DNA of 21,234 nucleotides from a virus (Duplodnaviria; Heunggongvirae; Uroviricota; Caudoviricetes): IMG/VR virus record IMGVR_UViG_2537562190_000017; one strand, 5' to 3'. Shown piece by piece: positions 13,794 to 21,234 of this stretch (position 1 is its first letter; each line of letters starts with the position of its first letter). The notes under the pieces were generated by a model. It saw only the letters and a program-made list of their open reading frames with translations, ran no database searches and was not told where the DNA came from. The position numbers and the translations under genes were made by a program.

Positions 13794-14762
13794 TCACCCC
13801 CTGAATCCAGGCGGTATTTCAGTGTCCGGTTCAGAAATGTGATTCACGCAACGCTGCGCGGGCGAACGCCCCAGGCGGATAACCAGTTCATCCCATTTTT
13901 CCCGGAGTTTTGCCGGACTCATGATGTTTTTTACCCAGAACGAATCCCGCTGGACACGCCCAAACATTTCACAAATCTGCCGGTGACTACGTCCATCCAG
14001 CATACGCATCATGCGCACATCATTCGCCCAGGTCGTCCAGTTAGGTTCTCGGGGGCGTGACACCTCACCATCATCACTGGCGGCCTGTTCATACAACGCC
14101 ACAACCCGTCCCCAAATCCACTGCGCACAGGCGACATCCTCACGGGTACCCCACTGTCGCTTCGGTACATTCCAGGTATGCGCATCCGGGTGTTTCTCCA
14201 GAAATCGCTCAACTGGTGATGATTGTTTTTCGTCCGGCAGTGAAACGTCCGGACAAGAAGATCTTTTATCTGACGGATCAGGTTTTAATACTGACGGATC
14301 GGGGTCAATCATCGCCCCCCTGACCGGCAGTTTTTTATCAACCGTTGATCCATCAAAATTTGACGGGCCAACCGTTGAGGGGTCAATATTTGACGGGTCA
14401 ACTGTTAACGGGTCATTTTTTGCCGGGCTAATTTTTCTTTTCGGTTTATATGACTCACGCGCCGCCGCCGCAGCTGCTTCGAGTTTTTCCACATTAAGCC
14501 GATAGATATTGCTTACGTTACGCCCACCGACCTTACGCTCTTCCTTCGTCAGCCAGCCCTCTTTCGCCAGTTCTGCAATAGCCGATTTAACGGTGGATTC
14601 ACTTCTTGCACCGATCTGACGCCGGATAGTTTCAATGGCAGGCCATGACACGCCCTCGTCATTGCTGTAGTCTGCTAGACGGGCCATCACTGCCACCCGG
14701 GATAAGATCATGCCGGTGAAGGCGCATCCTTCCCAGACAAGACCATGAAGCTTGCTGCTCAT
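13794..14762 (-). CDS. Replication initiator (O-like; N-terminal HTH, internal repeat linker)
   Basis: ATG at 14762 (track start 14777 is GTG); MSSKLHGLVWEGCAFTGMILSRVAVMARLADYSNDEGVSWPAIETIRRQIGARSESTVKSAIAELAKEGWL.... Internal peptide repeats (DPSNIDPSTVGPSNFDGSTVD) coincide with the DNA iterons. Confidence 0.8.
   Translation of the reverse strand: MSSKLHGLVWEGCAFTGMILSRVAVMARLADYSNDEGVSWPAIETIRRQIGARSESTVKSAIAELAKEGWLTKEERKVGGRNVSNIYRLNVEKLEAAAAAARESYKPKRKISPAKNDPLTVDPSNIDPSTVGPSNFDGSTVDKKLPVRGAMIDPDPSVLKPDPSDKRSSCPDVSLPDEKQSSPVERFLEKHPDAHTWNVPKRQWGTREDVACAQWIWGRVVALYEQAASDDGEVSRPREPNWTTWANDVRMMRMLDGRSHRQICEMFGRVQRDSFWVKNIMSPAKLREKWDELVIRLGRSPAQRCVNHISEPDTEIPPGFRG
14265..14450. repeat. 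Iteron array with adjacent AT-rich stretch inside the initiator gene (putative origin of replication)
   Basis: At least five copies of a (T)GACGG(A/G)(T/C)CA-containing unit of about 15 bp (e.g. tttgacgggccaaccgttga, tttgacgggtcaactgttaa, ctgacggatc twice), followed by taatttttcttttcggtttatatga. Confidence 0.55.
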
Positions 14763-14784
14763 AAAACCCCCGAACACCGTGCTG

Positions 14785-15210
14785 TTAGTGCATCACCACG
14801 GCATTTCCTGCCGGGCCGCCGCGATTCATCTGGTCATACAAAACAACCGCTGACGCAACAAAATCGTCGACATCCTTCACCAGCCGATCCCGCCGTTCGA
14901 CGATCTCACGGTAATACTCAGAACTGTGGCTGCGCATACGGGCCACCAGCAAAGGCGGCATCGCCTTTTCGATCGCCGGTAACAGAGCCTGAATTTTTTC
15001 AACAGCATCAGGGGTGTCTTTATCCAGCCAACGGAAAATTTTCTGGGTATTACGGGCCAGGGCTTCCGGATGACTGTCGTCATACAGTTCCGGGAACGTC
15101 ATCCCCAGTTCGAAATAAGTCCGGGCTATTTCAGCTGCAGGAACTTTCTCGCCATCAGGATATGCCCAGGCATTGATCGCCATGCGGATGTGTTCATGCT
15201 TGATTTTCAT
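14785..15210 (-). CDS. YdaT-like (DUF1019) regulatory protein at the cII position
   Basis: 141 aa beginning MKIKHEHI, as I recall Rac YdaT does. ATG at 15210 with AGGAG SD; overlaps the stop of the cro-like gene by 17 nt. Confidence 0.6.
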   Translation of the reverse strand: MKIKHEHIRMAINAWAYPDGEKVPAAEIARTYFELGMTFPELYDDSHPEALARNTQKIFRWLDKDTPDAVEKIQALLPAIEKAMPPLLVARMRSHSSEYYREIVERRDRLVKDVDDFVASAVVLYDQMNRGGPAGNAVVMH

Positions 15211-15475
15211 GAATCAAGCTCCTAGAAAGTGGTTGTGTTAACGTTTTGGTATCTTCCAGCTCAGGCCAAATATTCATCCAATCAAAAGGCCTTAGTTGCT
15301 GACGTGTAACTTCACCATTACTGGCTCGCTCAATAAGGACACATAACGATGCCCCTAACACTTGACCTTTACTCAATGCCTTTCTTAGATAACCGATGCT
15401 GGTACCACACTCGCATGCAAACATACGCTGTTCATCTGACGAAAGAGAATTGAGAAATATTCTTAATTCTTCCAT
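15194..15475 (-). CDS. Cro/YdaS-like HTH regulator
   Basis: 93 aa with HTH (CGTSIGYLRKALS); AAGGAG SD upstream of ATG at 15475. Divergent from the repressor gene across the operator region. Confidence 0.7.
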   Translation of the reverse strand: MEELRIFLNSLSSDEQRMFACECGTSIGYLRKALSKGQVLGASLCVLIERASNGEVTRQQLRPFDWMNIWPELEDTKTLTQPLSRSLIHENQA

Positions 15476-15500
15476 AGCTACTCCTTAGTAAACACAGCAA

Positions 15501-15528
15501 AGAATACCTATAGGTAAACAAAAGTCAA
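15501..15528 (-). promoter_or_regulatory. Putative pR: -35 TTGACT, 16-nt spacer, -10 TATTCT (minus strand)
   Basis: Read on the minus strand: TTGACT tttgtttacctatagg TATTCT. An operator palindrome lies in the spacer. Confidence 0.45.
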
Positions 15529-15582
15529 TACCTTTGGGTTGTTTACCTTACGGTAATCACATCTATTATTTACCTATGGACA
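15505..15582. promoter_or_regulatory. Right operator: four TACC-N4-GGTA-type 12-bp palindromic sites
   Basis: TACCTATAGGTA (15505-15516, perfect), TACCTTTGGGTT (15529-15540), TACCTTACGGTA (15544-15555), TACCTATGGACA (15571-15582, overlaps the repressor ATG). Confidence 0.6.
15542..15569 (+). promoter_or_regulatory. Putative pRM with -10 TATTAT ending about 6 nt before the repressor ATG (leaderless or near-leaderless mRNA)
   Basis: TTTACC - 16 nt - TATTAT (15564-15569); no SD precedes ATG 15576. Confidence 0.35.
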
Positions 15583-15995
15583 AATATGAATTTAGACGAC
15601 AGCAGCTCATCAAAATTCGTGATGAGAAATGCGATGGTAAAGCGGTTAACGTAGCCAGAAAGATCGGTCGCGAGCCTTCTTATGTATCAAGAATGTTGTA
15701 CCCAGAGGGGAAAAAGGGAAAAAAACGGATCGCTGATGATATGGTGGAGATTATCGAAGAGTCCTTTGGGTTACCCCGAGGATGGATGGATGGTATCGTT
15801 TCATCATCAACGAACACAGCCTCCAATTATGAAACAAGGGTTCTAACGCCACGACAACGTATTTTTTTAGATCTCCTAGACGAGTTGCCAGAAAGTGAAG
15901 CGGATAACTTATTAAAAACTCTTGAAGAGAAAAAACAGTATTACAATATGATCTACGAAGAAATCCGTAAAAAGAAAGCACAAAACGCATCATAA
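15576..15995 (+). CDS. Prophage repressor (cI-functional analogue, RacR-like; HTH, no S24 peptidase domain)
   Basis: ATG at 15576 (track start 15534 is TTG); MDKYEFRRQQLIKIRDEKCDGKAVNVARKIGREPSYVSRML.... 139 aa (420 nt including stop), with no Ser-Lys autocleavage motif visible. Flanked on both sides by palindromic operators. Confidence 0.7.
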   Translation: MDKYEFRRQQLIKIRDEKCDGKAVNVARKIGREPSYVSRMLYPEGKKGKKRIADDMVEIIEESFGLPRGWMDGIVSSSTNTASNYETRVLTPRQRIFLDLLDELPESEADNLLKTLEEKKQYYNMIYEEIRKKKAQNAS

Positions 15996-16038
15996 CTCAC
16001 CAAACAACCAGTCACCAGTTAAGACACCTCAAAAAAGT

Positions 16039-16075
16039 TACCCATGGGTATTTACTTTTTAGATACCCGTGGGTA
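16039..16075. promoter_or_regulatory. Left operator: two 12-bp palindromic sites
   Basis: TACCCATGGGTA (16039-16050, perfect) and TACCCGTGGGTA (16064-16075), 25 bp centre to centre; same TACC-N4-GGTA half-site logic as the right operator. Confidence 0.55.
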
Positions 16076-16079
16076 TTCT
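16051..16079 (+). promoter_or_regulatory. Putative pL: -35 TTTACT, 17-nt spacer, -10 TATTCT
   Basis: The -10 element is identical to the putative pR -10 and is overlapped by the second OL site. Confidence 0.4.
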
Positions 16080-16261
16080 TCCTTTCATACCAACCCACTC
16101 CGCCCCACAGAATGCAGGGCAATACCTCGAGTTACCCGGCAGTGGTCAGGGGTTAAGTAGCCAGCCCGAGGCGTATGAACATGACGGCGGGAACACTTTG
16201 TATAACAGCGCAGCAGGTTTTTAGTTCCGCTACCCCGGCGTTAAGGGGAAATGAGGTCAAC

Positions 16262-16414
16262 ATGGATACTATCGAGCTTGGCAACAACGAATCTCTGGTG
16301 TGCGGCGTCTTCCCCAATCAGGACGGCACGTTTACCGCGATGACGTATACCAAAAGTAAAACGTTTAAAACCGAAGCTGGCGCGCATCGCTGGTTAGCCA
16401 GAAACGCCAACTGA
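16262..16414 (+). CDS. Small protein (50 aa), YdaF/DUF1391-like by position
   Basis: ATG at 16262 with GAGG SD; MDTIELGNNESLVCGVFPNQDGTFTAMTYTKSKTFKTEAGAHRWLARNAN. The track extension from 16175 lacks an SD. Confidence 0.45.
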   Translation: MDTIELGNNESLVCGVFPNQDGTFTAMTYTKSKTFKTEAGAHRWLARNAN

Positions 16415-16580
16415 TTAGTGCCAGTAAAAACAGGTTTCCACAGGTTAATGTACCCTGAAAAGTCATGGCATAACACGAAAGCGCACGGAGAGGTTTCTTT
16501 GCATATAAGTCTTGTCGTTAAATTTCTTCGACCGTGCGCTTCCGGTTGTGTAGCCAGTGCAACCTCGTGGTGTACCCATT

Positions 16581-16620
16581 GGCGGCATCGGTTTGTTGCT
16601 GACTGATGTCCGCCCTTTTT
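16581..16620 (+). terminator. Intrinsic terminator after the first pL gene
   Basis: GGCGGCATC-loop-GATGtCCGCC followed by CTTTTT. Confidence 0.45.
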
Positions 16621-16803
16621 AAAGTGAATTTTGTGATGCGGTGAATGCGGCTATGCGCACGCGGAACAGTTAAAACCGTAAAGTGGTATTTTACGGGGCG
16701 CAACAGGCATCCTTCTGTATTCCGGCGTTAATTGTTAACTGGTTAACGTCACCTGGAGGCACCAGGCGCCGCATCAACAAAATTCATTGTTGAGGACGCG
16801 ATA

Positions 16804-16992
16804 ATGGAAACGTTATTACCAAACGTTAATACGTCTGAAGGTTGTTTTGATATTGGTGTTCTGCTCAGTAACCGGGAGTTTACTGAAGATGCCATTAAGA
16901 TGAGAAAATATGAACCTTATCTTCTCAATGATAATTCCATACTTTCCAGAATTGCCCTTCTTGAACTTGGTATTATCGGAGAACAGCAGTGA
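16804..16992 (+). CDS. Small hypothetical protein (62 aa), first gene of an AT-rich two-gene cassette
   Basis: GAGGA SD 7 nt upstream of ATG; METLLPNVNTSEGCFDIGVLLSNREFTEDAIKMRKYEPYLLNDNSILSRIALLELGIIGEQQ. Confidence 0.45.
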   Translation: METLLPNVNTSEGCFDIGVLLSNREFTEDAIKMRKYEPYLLNDNSILSRIALLELGIIGEQQ

Positions 16993-17177
16993 CCTCAGCA
17001 TTTGCACTGGTGATGACCGTTTTTCTTATAACGGGTGAGCCGCAGAATGTGATTACCGGAATTTATGACAGTAAGTCATCCTGCATTCAGGTAAGGGACG
17101 AACAAAAAATCCCCGGTGAATGCCTCCCGTTAAAAAAAGTATCGCTGTACCTGAATAACGAAATACCGGCTGGATAA
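16989..17177 (+). CDS. Small protein (62 aa) with N-terminal hydrophobic helix, translationally coupled to the preceding ORF
   Basis: GTG start overlapping the upstream TGA (GTGA), GGAG 7 nt upstream; MTSAFALVMTVFLITGEPQNVITGIYDSKSSCIQVRDEQKIPGECLPLKKVSLYLNNEIPAG. Confidence 0.45.
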   Translation: MTSAFALVMTVFLITGEPQNVITGIYDSKSSCIQVRDEQKIPGECLPLKKVSLYLNNEIPAG

Positions 17178-17269
17178 CCCACCAGCCATATTAACGCCAT
17201 ACAAACGGATTAAAAATGCCAGCAATGGCAGGGATTCGTACAACCTTAAAATAGTAATGAGGTTTATCA

Positions 17270-19813
17270 ATGAGCACTGATAAAGAAACTTTTGCACTAT
17301 ATTGCGAAGCAAAAAATGACAAGGTCAGAAAACGCCTTGGGATTAAAGGTGGTTTTTACTGGACTACAGCAAAAAAATTATCTGTTGCCATCTCCCGCTG
17401 CATTACCGCAATGGATGATAATGATTATGACGAGGACGACTTTAAAAAACCTGTTCGCGTCCATTTACCCGTTGTGAATGACCTTCCTCCAGAAGGCGTG
17501 TTTGATACTGAATTCTGCAACCGTTACGAAAAAGGCGGGGAAGATGGTATCACAATGATATTTATAGCTCCTTCCCCTTCAGCTCAGGACAAACCTGCCA
17601 GCACTGACAATACCAGCGGCGAAGCTGTTACAGGTGTCAGCCGTGACTGCGATGAACAAAGTGACTCTCAGACAGAGAACGCAGATAAAAGCGAATCCCC
17701 GGACAGCAACGATGACTGCCCTGAATGTGAAATCCCCGTCTCCACCCTGAGTCTTACCCATCGCTTCCTGCACCTCTACTTCTTTGGTCAGGAGTTCGAC
17801 GAGAAATACAAACATCACGCCACACCAGAACAACGCAAGGACGTGATCCGCATCGAAATGGATATGGAAGATGGAAACATACAGAGCCTGCTTACTGCAG
17901 TACGTTCGCATCCTGAGCTGGATAAGCTGACAAACCATCATCTTGGAAGACTGGCGCATTCGGTGGAAAAGGCATTCACTCACGCAACAACACGCCGTAT
18001 CAGCCCGGCAGAATTCGACAAGTTCATTTCCACCTGGATGAAGACTGACTACCTTGATCAGGGGCTGTTGACAAAAGAGTGGGCAAAGGGAAATTGCGTA
18101 TCTGAAATCAATCGCACCCCGTCCGGCGCTAATGCTGGCGGAGGAATTCTTACCGATCGCGGTGAAGGTTTTGTCCACGATGATGCGTCAGTGGAACGTG
18201 ACGTTGCCGCTGGCGTTCTGGCCCGTTCAATGGACATCGATATTTACAATCCACATCCGGCACACGCCAAACGCATTGAAGAAATCGTTTCAGAGAATAA
18301 GCCGCCCTTTTCTGTTTTTCGTGACAAATTCATCGCCATGCCTGGTCACCTGGATTATTCCCGCGCGATAGTAGTTGCGTCCGTGAAAGAAGCACCAATT
18401 GGTATCGAGGCTACTCCCCACCGTGTTACCGAATATCTGAACAAAGTACTGACCGAAACCGATCATGCCAACCCTGATCCGGAAATCGTGGATATTGCCT
18501 GCGGTCGCTCCTCTGCCCCTATCCCGCAGCGTGTAACAAAAGAAGGAAAACAGGATGATGAAGAAAAACCGCAGCCATCTGGCGCAATGGCAGATGAACA
18601 GGCAACGACTGAAGCAGTGGAACCGGATACAACTGAACATAATCAGGACACGCAGTCGATGGATGCTCAGCCACAGATAAATTCTGTTGATGCGAAATAT
18701 CAGAAACTGCGTGCAGAACTCTATGAAGCCAGGAAAAACATTCCACCCAAAAATCCTGTCGATGCAGATAAATTACTGGCTGCTTCTCACGGAGAATTTG
18801 TTGAAGGGATTAGCGACCCGAATGATCCGAAATGGGTGAAGGGGATTGAAACCCGCGATTCTGTGAACCAGAACCAGCACGAATCGGAACAGAACGACCA
18901 GAAAGCAGAACAAAACAGCCAAAATGCGTTACAAGACGAGCCAGAAACGAAACAATCCGAACCATTAGCGCAACAGGAAGTGGAGAAAGTCTGCACCGCA
19001 TGCGGTCAGACCGGTGGCGGCAACTGCCCTGATTGCGGCACTGTGATGGGCGACGCAACATACCAGGAAACATTCGATGAAGAGAACCAGGTTGAAGTTC
19101 AGGAAAATGATCCGGAGGAAATGGAAGGCGCTGAACATCCACACAAGGAGAACACTGGCAGCGATCAGTATCACGCCAGCGATAATAAAACTGGCGAAAC
19201 AGCAAATACCTTAATTAATATGAACGGTCATCATAAAATCACATCCACCAGCAGGTTGTGGCACCATCTGATGATTGACCTTGAAACAATGGGAAAAAAT
19301 CCTGATGCGCCGATCATCTCAATAGGTGCAATATTTTTCGATCCGCAAACCGGAGATATGGGACCGGAATTTAGTAAGACTATCGATCTGGAAACTGCTG
19401 GCGGAGTCATTGATCGGGACACCATTAAATGGTGGCTTAAGCAATCACGCGAAGCGCAATCTGCCATTATGACCGATGAAATCCCGTTAGATGATGCACT
19501 GTTACAACTGCGGGAATTTATCGACGAAAACTCCGGTGAATTTTTTATTCAGGTCTGGGGAAATGGAGCCAACTTCGACAACACGATTTTGCGCCGTTCA
19601 TACGAACGGCAGGGGATCCCCTGCCCGTGGCGTTACTACAACGATCGCGATGTACGCACAATCGTTGAGCTGGGGAAAGCCATAGACTTCGATGCCAGAA
19701 CGGCTATTCCATTCGAAGGTGAGCGCCATAATGCACTTGATGACGCCCGTTATCAGGCAAAATACGTTTCAGCCATCTGGCAAAAACTGATCCCGAGTCA
19801 GGCTGATTTTTAA
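17270..19813 (+). CDS. Large multidomain protein (847 aa) at the recE-equivalent locus: N-terminal and central domains, acidic and Q/E/N-rich linkers, C4 zinc ribbon, C-terminal DEDDh-type 3'-5' exonuclease domain
   Basis: TGAGG SD. Zinc ribbon [16 protein letters not shown] (about nt 18992-19039). Exonuclease motifs: Exo I MIDLET (nt 19271-19288), Exo [12 protein letters not shown], Exo [13 protein letters not shown] (from nt 19727). Confidence 0.85.
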   Translation: MSTDKETFALYCEAKNDKVRKRLGIKGGFYWTTAKKLSVAISRCITAMDDNDYDEDDFKKPVRVHLPVVNDLPPEGVFDTEFCNRYEKGGEDGITMIFIAPSPSAQDKPASTDNTSGEAVTGVSRDCDEQSDSQTENADKSESPDSNDDCPECEIPVSTLSLTHRFLHLYFFGQEFDEKYKHHATPEQRKDVIRIEMDMEDGNIQSLLTAVRSHPELDKLTNHHLGRLAHSVEKAFTHATTRRISPAEFDKFISTWMKTDYLDQGLLTKEWAKGNCVSEINRTPSGANAGGGILTDRGEGFVHDDASVERDVAAGVLARSMDIDIYNPHPAHAKRIEEIVSENKPPFSVFRDKFIAMPGHLDYSRAIVVASVKEAPIGIEATPHRVTEYLNKVLTETDHANPDPEIVDIACGRSSAPIPQRVTKEGKQDDEEKPQPSGAMADEQATTEAVEPDTTEHNQDTQSMDAQPQINSVDAKYQKLRAELYEARKNIPPKNPVDADKLLAASHGEFVEGISDPNDPKWVKGIETRDSVNQNQHESEQNDQKAEQNSQNALQDEPETKQSEPLAQQEVEKVCTACGQTGGGNCPDCGTVMGDATYQETFDEENQVEVQENDPEEMEGAEHPHKENTGSDQYHASDNKTGETANTLINMNGHHKITSTSRLWHHLMIDLETMGKNPDAPIISIGAIFFDPQTGDMGPEFSKTIDLETAGGVIDRDTIKWWLKQSREAQSAIMTDEIPLDDALLQLREFIDENSGEFFIQVWGNGANFDNTILRRSYERQGIPCPWRYYNDRDVRTIVELGKAIDFDARTAIPFEGERHNALDDARYQAKYVSAIWQKLIPSQADF

Positions 19814-19877
19814 TGTTCAACCCCGGTCGTCGTCTGCAAGCTATAGTGGCGGCGGCCATGATTAGCGAACAACGCTC

Positions 19878-20126
19878 ATGGCAAGACTTATTCTGCTCAC
19901 TGAGTGGGCAAAAGAGGAATTCAGTGAACCGGTCCCTACTCCGGGCACGTTAAGTAAATACGCTAAAGCCGGAATGATATTTCCTCTCCCCAAAAAAGTT
20001 GGAAGACACTGGCGAGTGGATCCTCGAGCTCGCTTTGTCGGAATGGTAAACAAGCCGGAAGTGATCGCCACAGATCACCCTGCTTTGAAGAGGATACTGG
20101 AAGATGGCGCGCCCACGAAAATATAA
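19878..20126 (+). CDS. xis: Excisionase (Xis-like)
   Basis: 82 aa; ...ILLTEWAKEEF...GMIFPLPKKVGRHWRVD parallels the lambda Xis pattern (LTLQEWNARQ...RIFPPPVKDGREYLF). Overlaps the int start by 23 nt as in lambda. Confidence 0.7.
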   Translation: MARLILLTEWAKEEFSEPVPTPGTLSKYAKAGMIFPLPKKVGRHWRVDPRARFVGMVNKPEVIATDHPALKRILEDGAPTKI

Positions 20127-21234
20127 AACTGAAGTTCCGGGATTATCTCCGTATTTTGACAAAAGAAATAACAAAGTTTACTGGCGTTACAGGCATCCCA
20201 TAACAGGAAAAAATCACGGGCTCGGCAGTATTGACCAGAAACTGGCAGAAACTATTGCAGCAGAAGCGAACAGCCGTCTTGCCCGGCAGCAAATGGAACA
20301 AATGCTCAGTCTGCAGGAGAAAATTATTAGTGATACCGGCGGTTCATCAACCGTTACCATTTTTCTGAATAATTACAGAAAAATTCAACAGGAAAGATAT
20401 GAAAACGGCGAGATCAAACTCAACACGCTGAAACAGAAAGCGGCCCCTCTCAGGGTATTTGATGAACGTTTTGGCACCAGACCGTTAGATGCCATAACCG
20501 TAAAAGATGTGGTATCAGTACTGGAAGAGTACAAGGCCAGAGGACATAACAGAATGGGACAAATTTTCAGGAAGGTACTGATCGATGTTTTCCGGGAAGC
20601 TCAGCAAACGGGCGATGTCCCGCCAGGCTTTAACCCTGCAGAATCGGCAAAAAAACCGCAGGTGCGGATATCAAGACAGCGACTGACTTTTGATGAGTGG
20701 ATGATGATTTATAACGCAGCGGAAAAGGATGGTTACTTTTTACAGCGCGGTATGCTGCTGGCACTGATGACAGGCCAGCGCCTTTCAGATATTTGCAAAA
20801 TGCAATTTTCGGATATCCGGGATGGTTATCTTCATGTCGAACAGCAAAAAACAGGAACCCGGATTGCCATCCCTCTGGCTCTGCGTTGCGATAAATTAAA
20901 TCTCACCCTGGATGATGTGGTGTCATCCTGCCGCGATTGCGTTCTTAGTCCGTGGCTATTGCACCACCATCACGCGAAAGGGACAGCTAAGCGCGGCGGG
21001 ATGGTTAAGCCAGCAACATTAACCGTTGCATTTAAAAAAGCCCGGGATTCTGTGGATTACAACTGGCGTGCTAATGGCACCCCACCCTCTTTCCATGAGC
21101 AGAGATCTTTATCAGAGCGATTGTTCAGAGAGCAGGGGGTTGATACCAAAATTTTGCTAGGCCATTCGAATCAAAAAATGACCGATATTTACAACGATGT
21201 ACGCGGTAAGGAGTGGAAAAAACTGGTCATTTGA
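20104..21234 (+). CDS. int: Tyrosine integrase, lambda Int family
   Basis: 376 aa; N-terminus NNKVYWRYRHPITGKNHGLG (arm-binding, cf. lambda YCYRDPRTGKEFGLG); catalytic region RLSDICKMQFSDIRDGYLHVEQQKTG, HEQRSLSERL, LLGHSNQKMTDIY. The stop codon is the last triplet of the window. Confidence 0.95.
   Translation: MARPRKYKTEVPGLSPYFDKRNNKVYWRYRHPITGKNHGLGSIDQKLAETIAAEANSRLARQQMEQMLSLQEKIISDTGGSSTVTIFLNNYRKIQQERYENGEIKLNTLKQKAAPLRVFDERFGTRPLDAITVKDVVSVLEEYKARGHNRMGQIFRKVLIDVFREAQQTGDVPPGFNPAESAKKPQVRISRQRLTFDEWMMIYNAAEKDGYFLQRGMLLALMTGQRLSDICKMQFSDIRDGYLHVEQQKTGTRIAIPLALRCDKLNLTLDDVVSSCRDCVLSPWLLHHHHAKGTAKRGGMVKPATLTVAFKKARDSVDYNWRANGTPPSFHEQRSLSERLFREQGVDTKILLGHSNQKMTDIYNDVRGKEWKKLVI

Larger units (their letters stand above)
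1..21234. mobile_element. Lambdoid prophage segment (mosaic of Rac-like immunity/replication, Qin-like nin region, phage-21-like lysis, Stx-phage-like moron), integrase end to lysis cassette
   Basis: Colinear phage modules on both strands: int/xis (+), repressor with divergent cro-like gene and palindromic operators, O-like and DnaC-like replication genes, rusA, Q-like, holin and endolysin (-). The attachment site must lie beyond the right edge, since the int stop codon is the last triplet of the window. Confidence 0.9.

Noticed and set aside
13353-14060. 235-aa plus-strand ORF antisense to the DnaC-like and O-like genes
   Set aside because: It lies entirely antisense to two well-supported genes, is His/Arg/Pro-rich, and crosses the gene junction between them.
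14265-14450. Direct repeats considered as a CRISPR array or other repeat element
   Set aside because: The units are short, imperfect and not separated by unique spacers of uniform length. They lie inside the initiator gene and fit iterons of a replication origin.
15534-15575. N-terminal 14-codon extension of the repressor (track start at 15534)
   Set aside because: It starts with TTG inside the operator cluster with no SD. The ATG at 15576 sits directly after a -10-like element, consistent with a leaderless start.
16418-16606. 62-aa plus-strand ORF after the ydaF-like gene
   Set aside because: It runs into the terminator hairpin at 16581-16620, is Cys/His/Trp-rich and lacks an SD; probably non-coding.
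17579-18178. 199-aa minus-strand ORF inside the 847-aa gene
   Set aside because: It is antisense to a strongly coding region, Cys-rich and low-complexity, with no SD; it is a shadow ORF.

Overview
The window reads as one contiguous ~21 kb segment of a mosaic lambdoid prophage of the enterobacterial (E. coli-type) kind, running from the integrase (right edge, + strand) to the lysis cassette (left edge, - strand). All calls come from reading the sequence and ORF track by eye and from recalled family signatures; no database search was run. Gene order right to left: int - xis - an 847-aa multidomain protein with a C-terminal DEDDh exonuclease domain - small AT-rich two-gene cassette - ydaF-like small gene - OL/pL - short non-LexA-type repressor - OR - cro/YdaS-like - YdaT-like - O-like initiator with internal iterons - DnaC-like loader - nin-like small genes (DUF4406 etc.) - an opposite-strand insertion (DDE transposase plus DUF1640-like gene) - hok toxin - YgiW/YdeI-family gene - rem-like - DUF968 - rusA - Q-like - late promoter/terminator unit - small HTH-like ORF - orphan DNA methyltransferase - NanS-p-type sialate O-acetylesterase - two small ORFs - pinholin - SAR endolysin - terminator - antirepressor-like gene. 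No stx genes, tRNA genes, CRISPR array, spanin (Rz/Rz1) or annealase (RecT/Bet/Erf) were found. The best candidates for a poorly described system are the 847-aa protein at the recE-equivalent position, the adjacent two-gene cassette, the orphan methyltransferase/NanS-p island in the late leader, and the hok toxin abutted by an IS. Start codons that are GTG/TTG in the ORF track were re-assigned where an ATG with a Shine-Dalgarno was visible.
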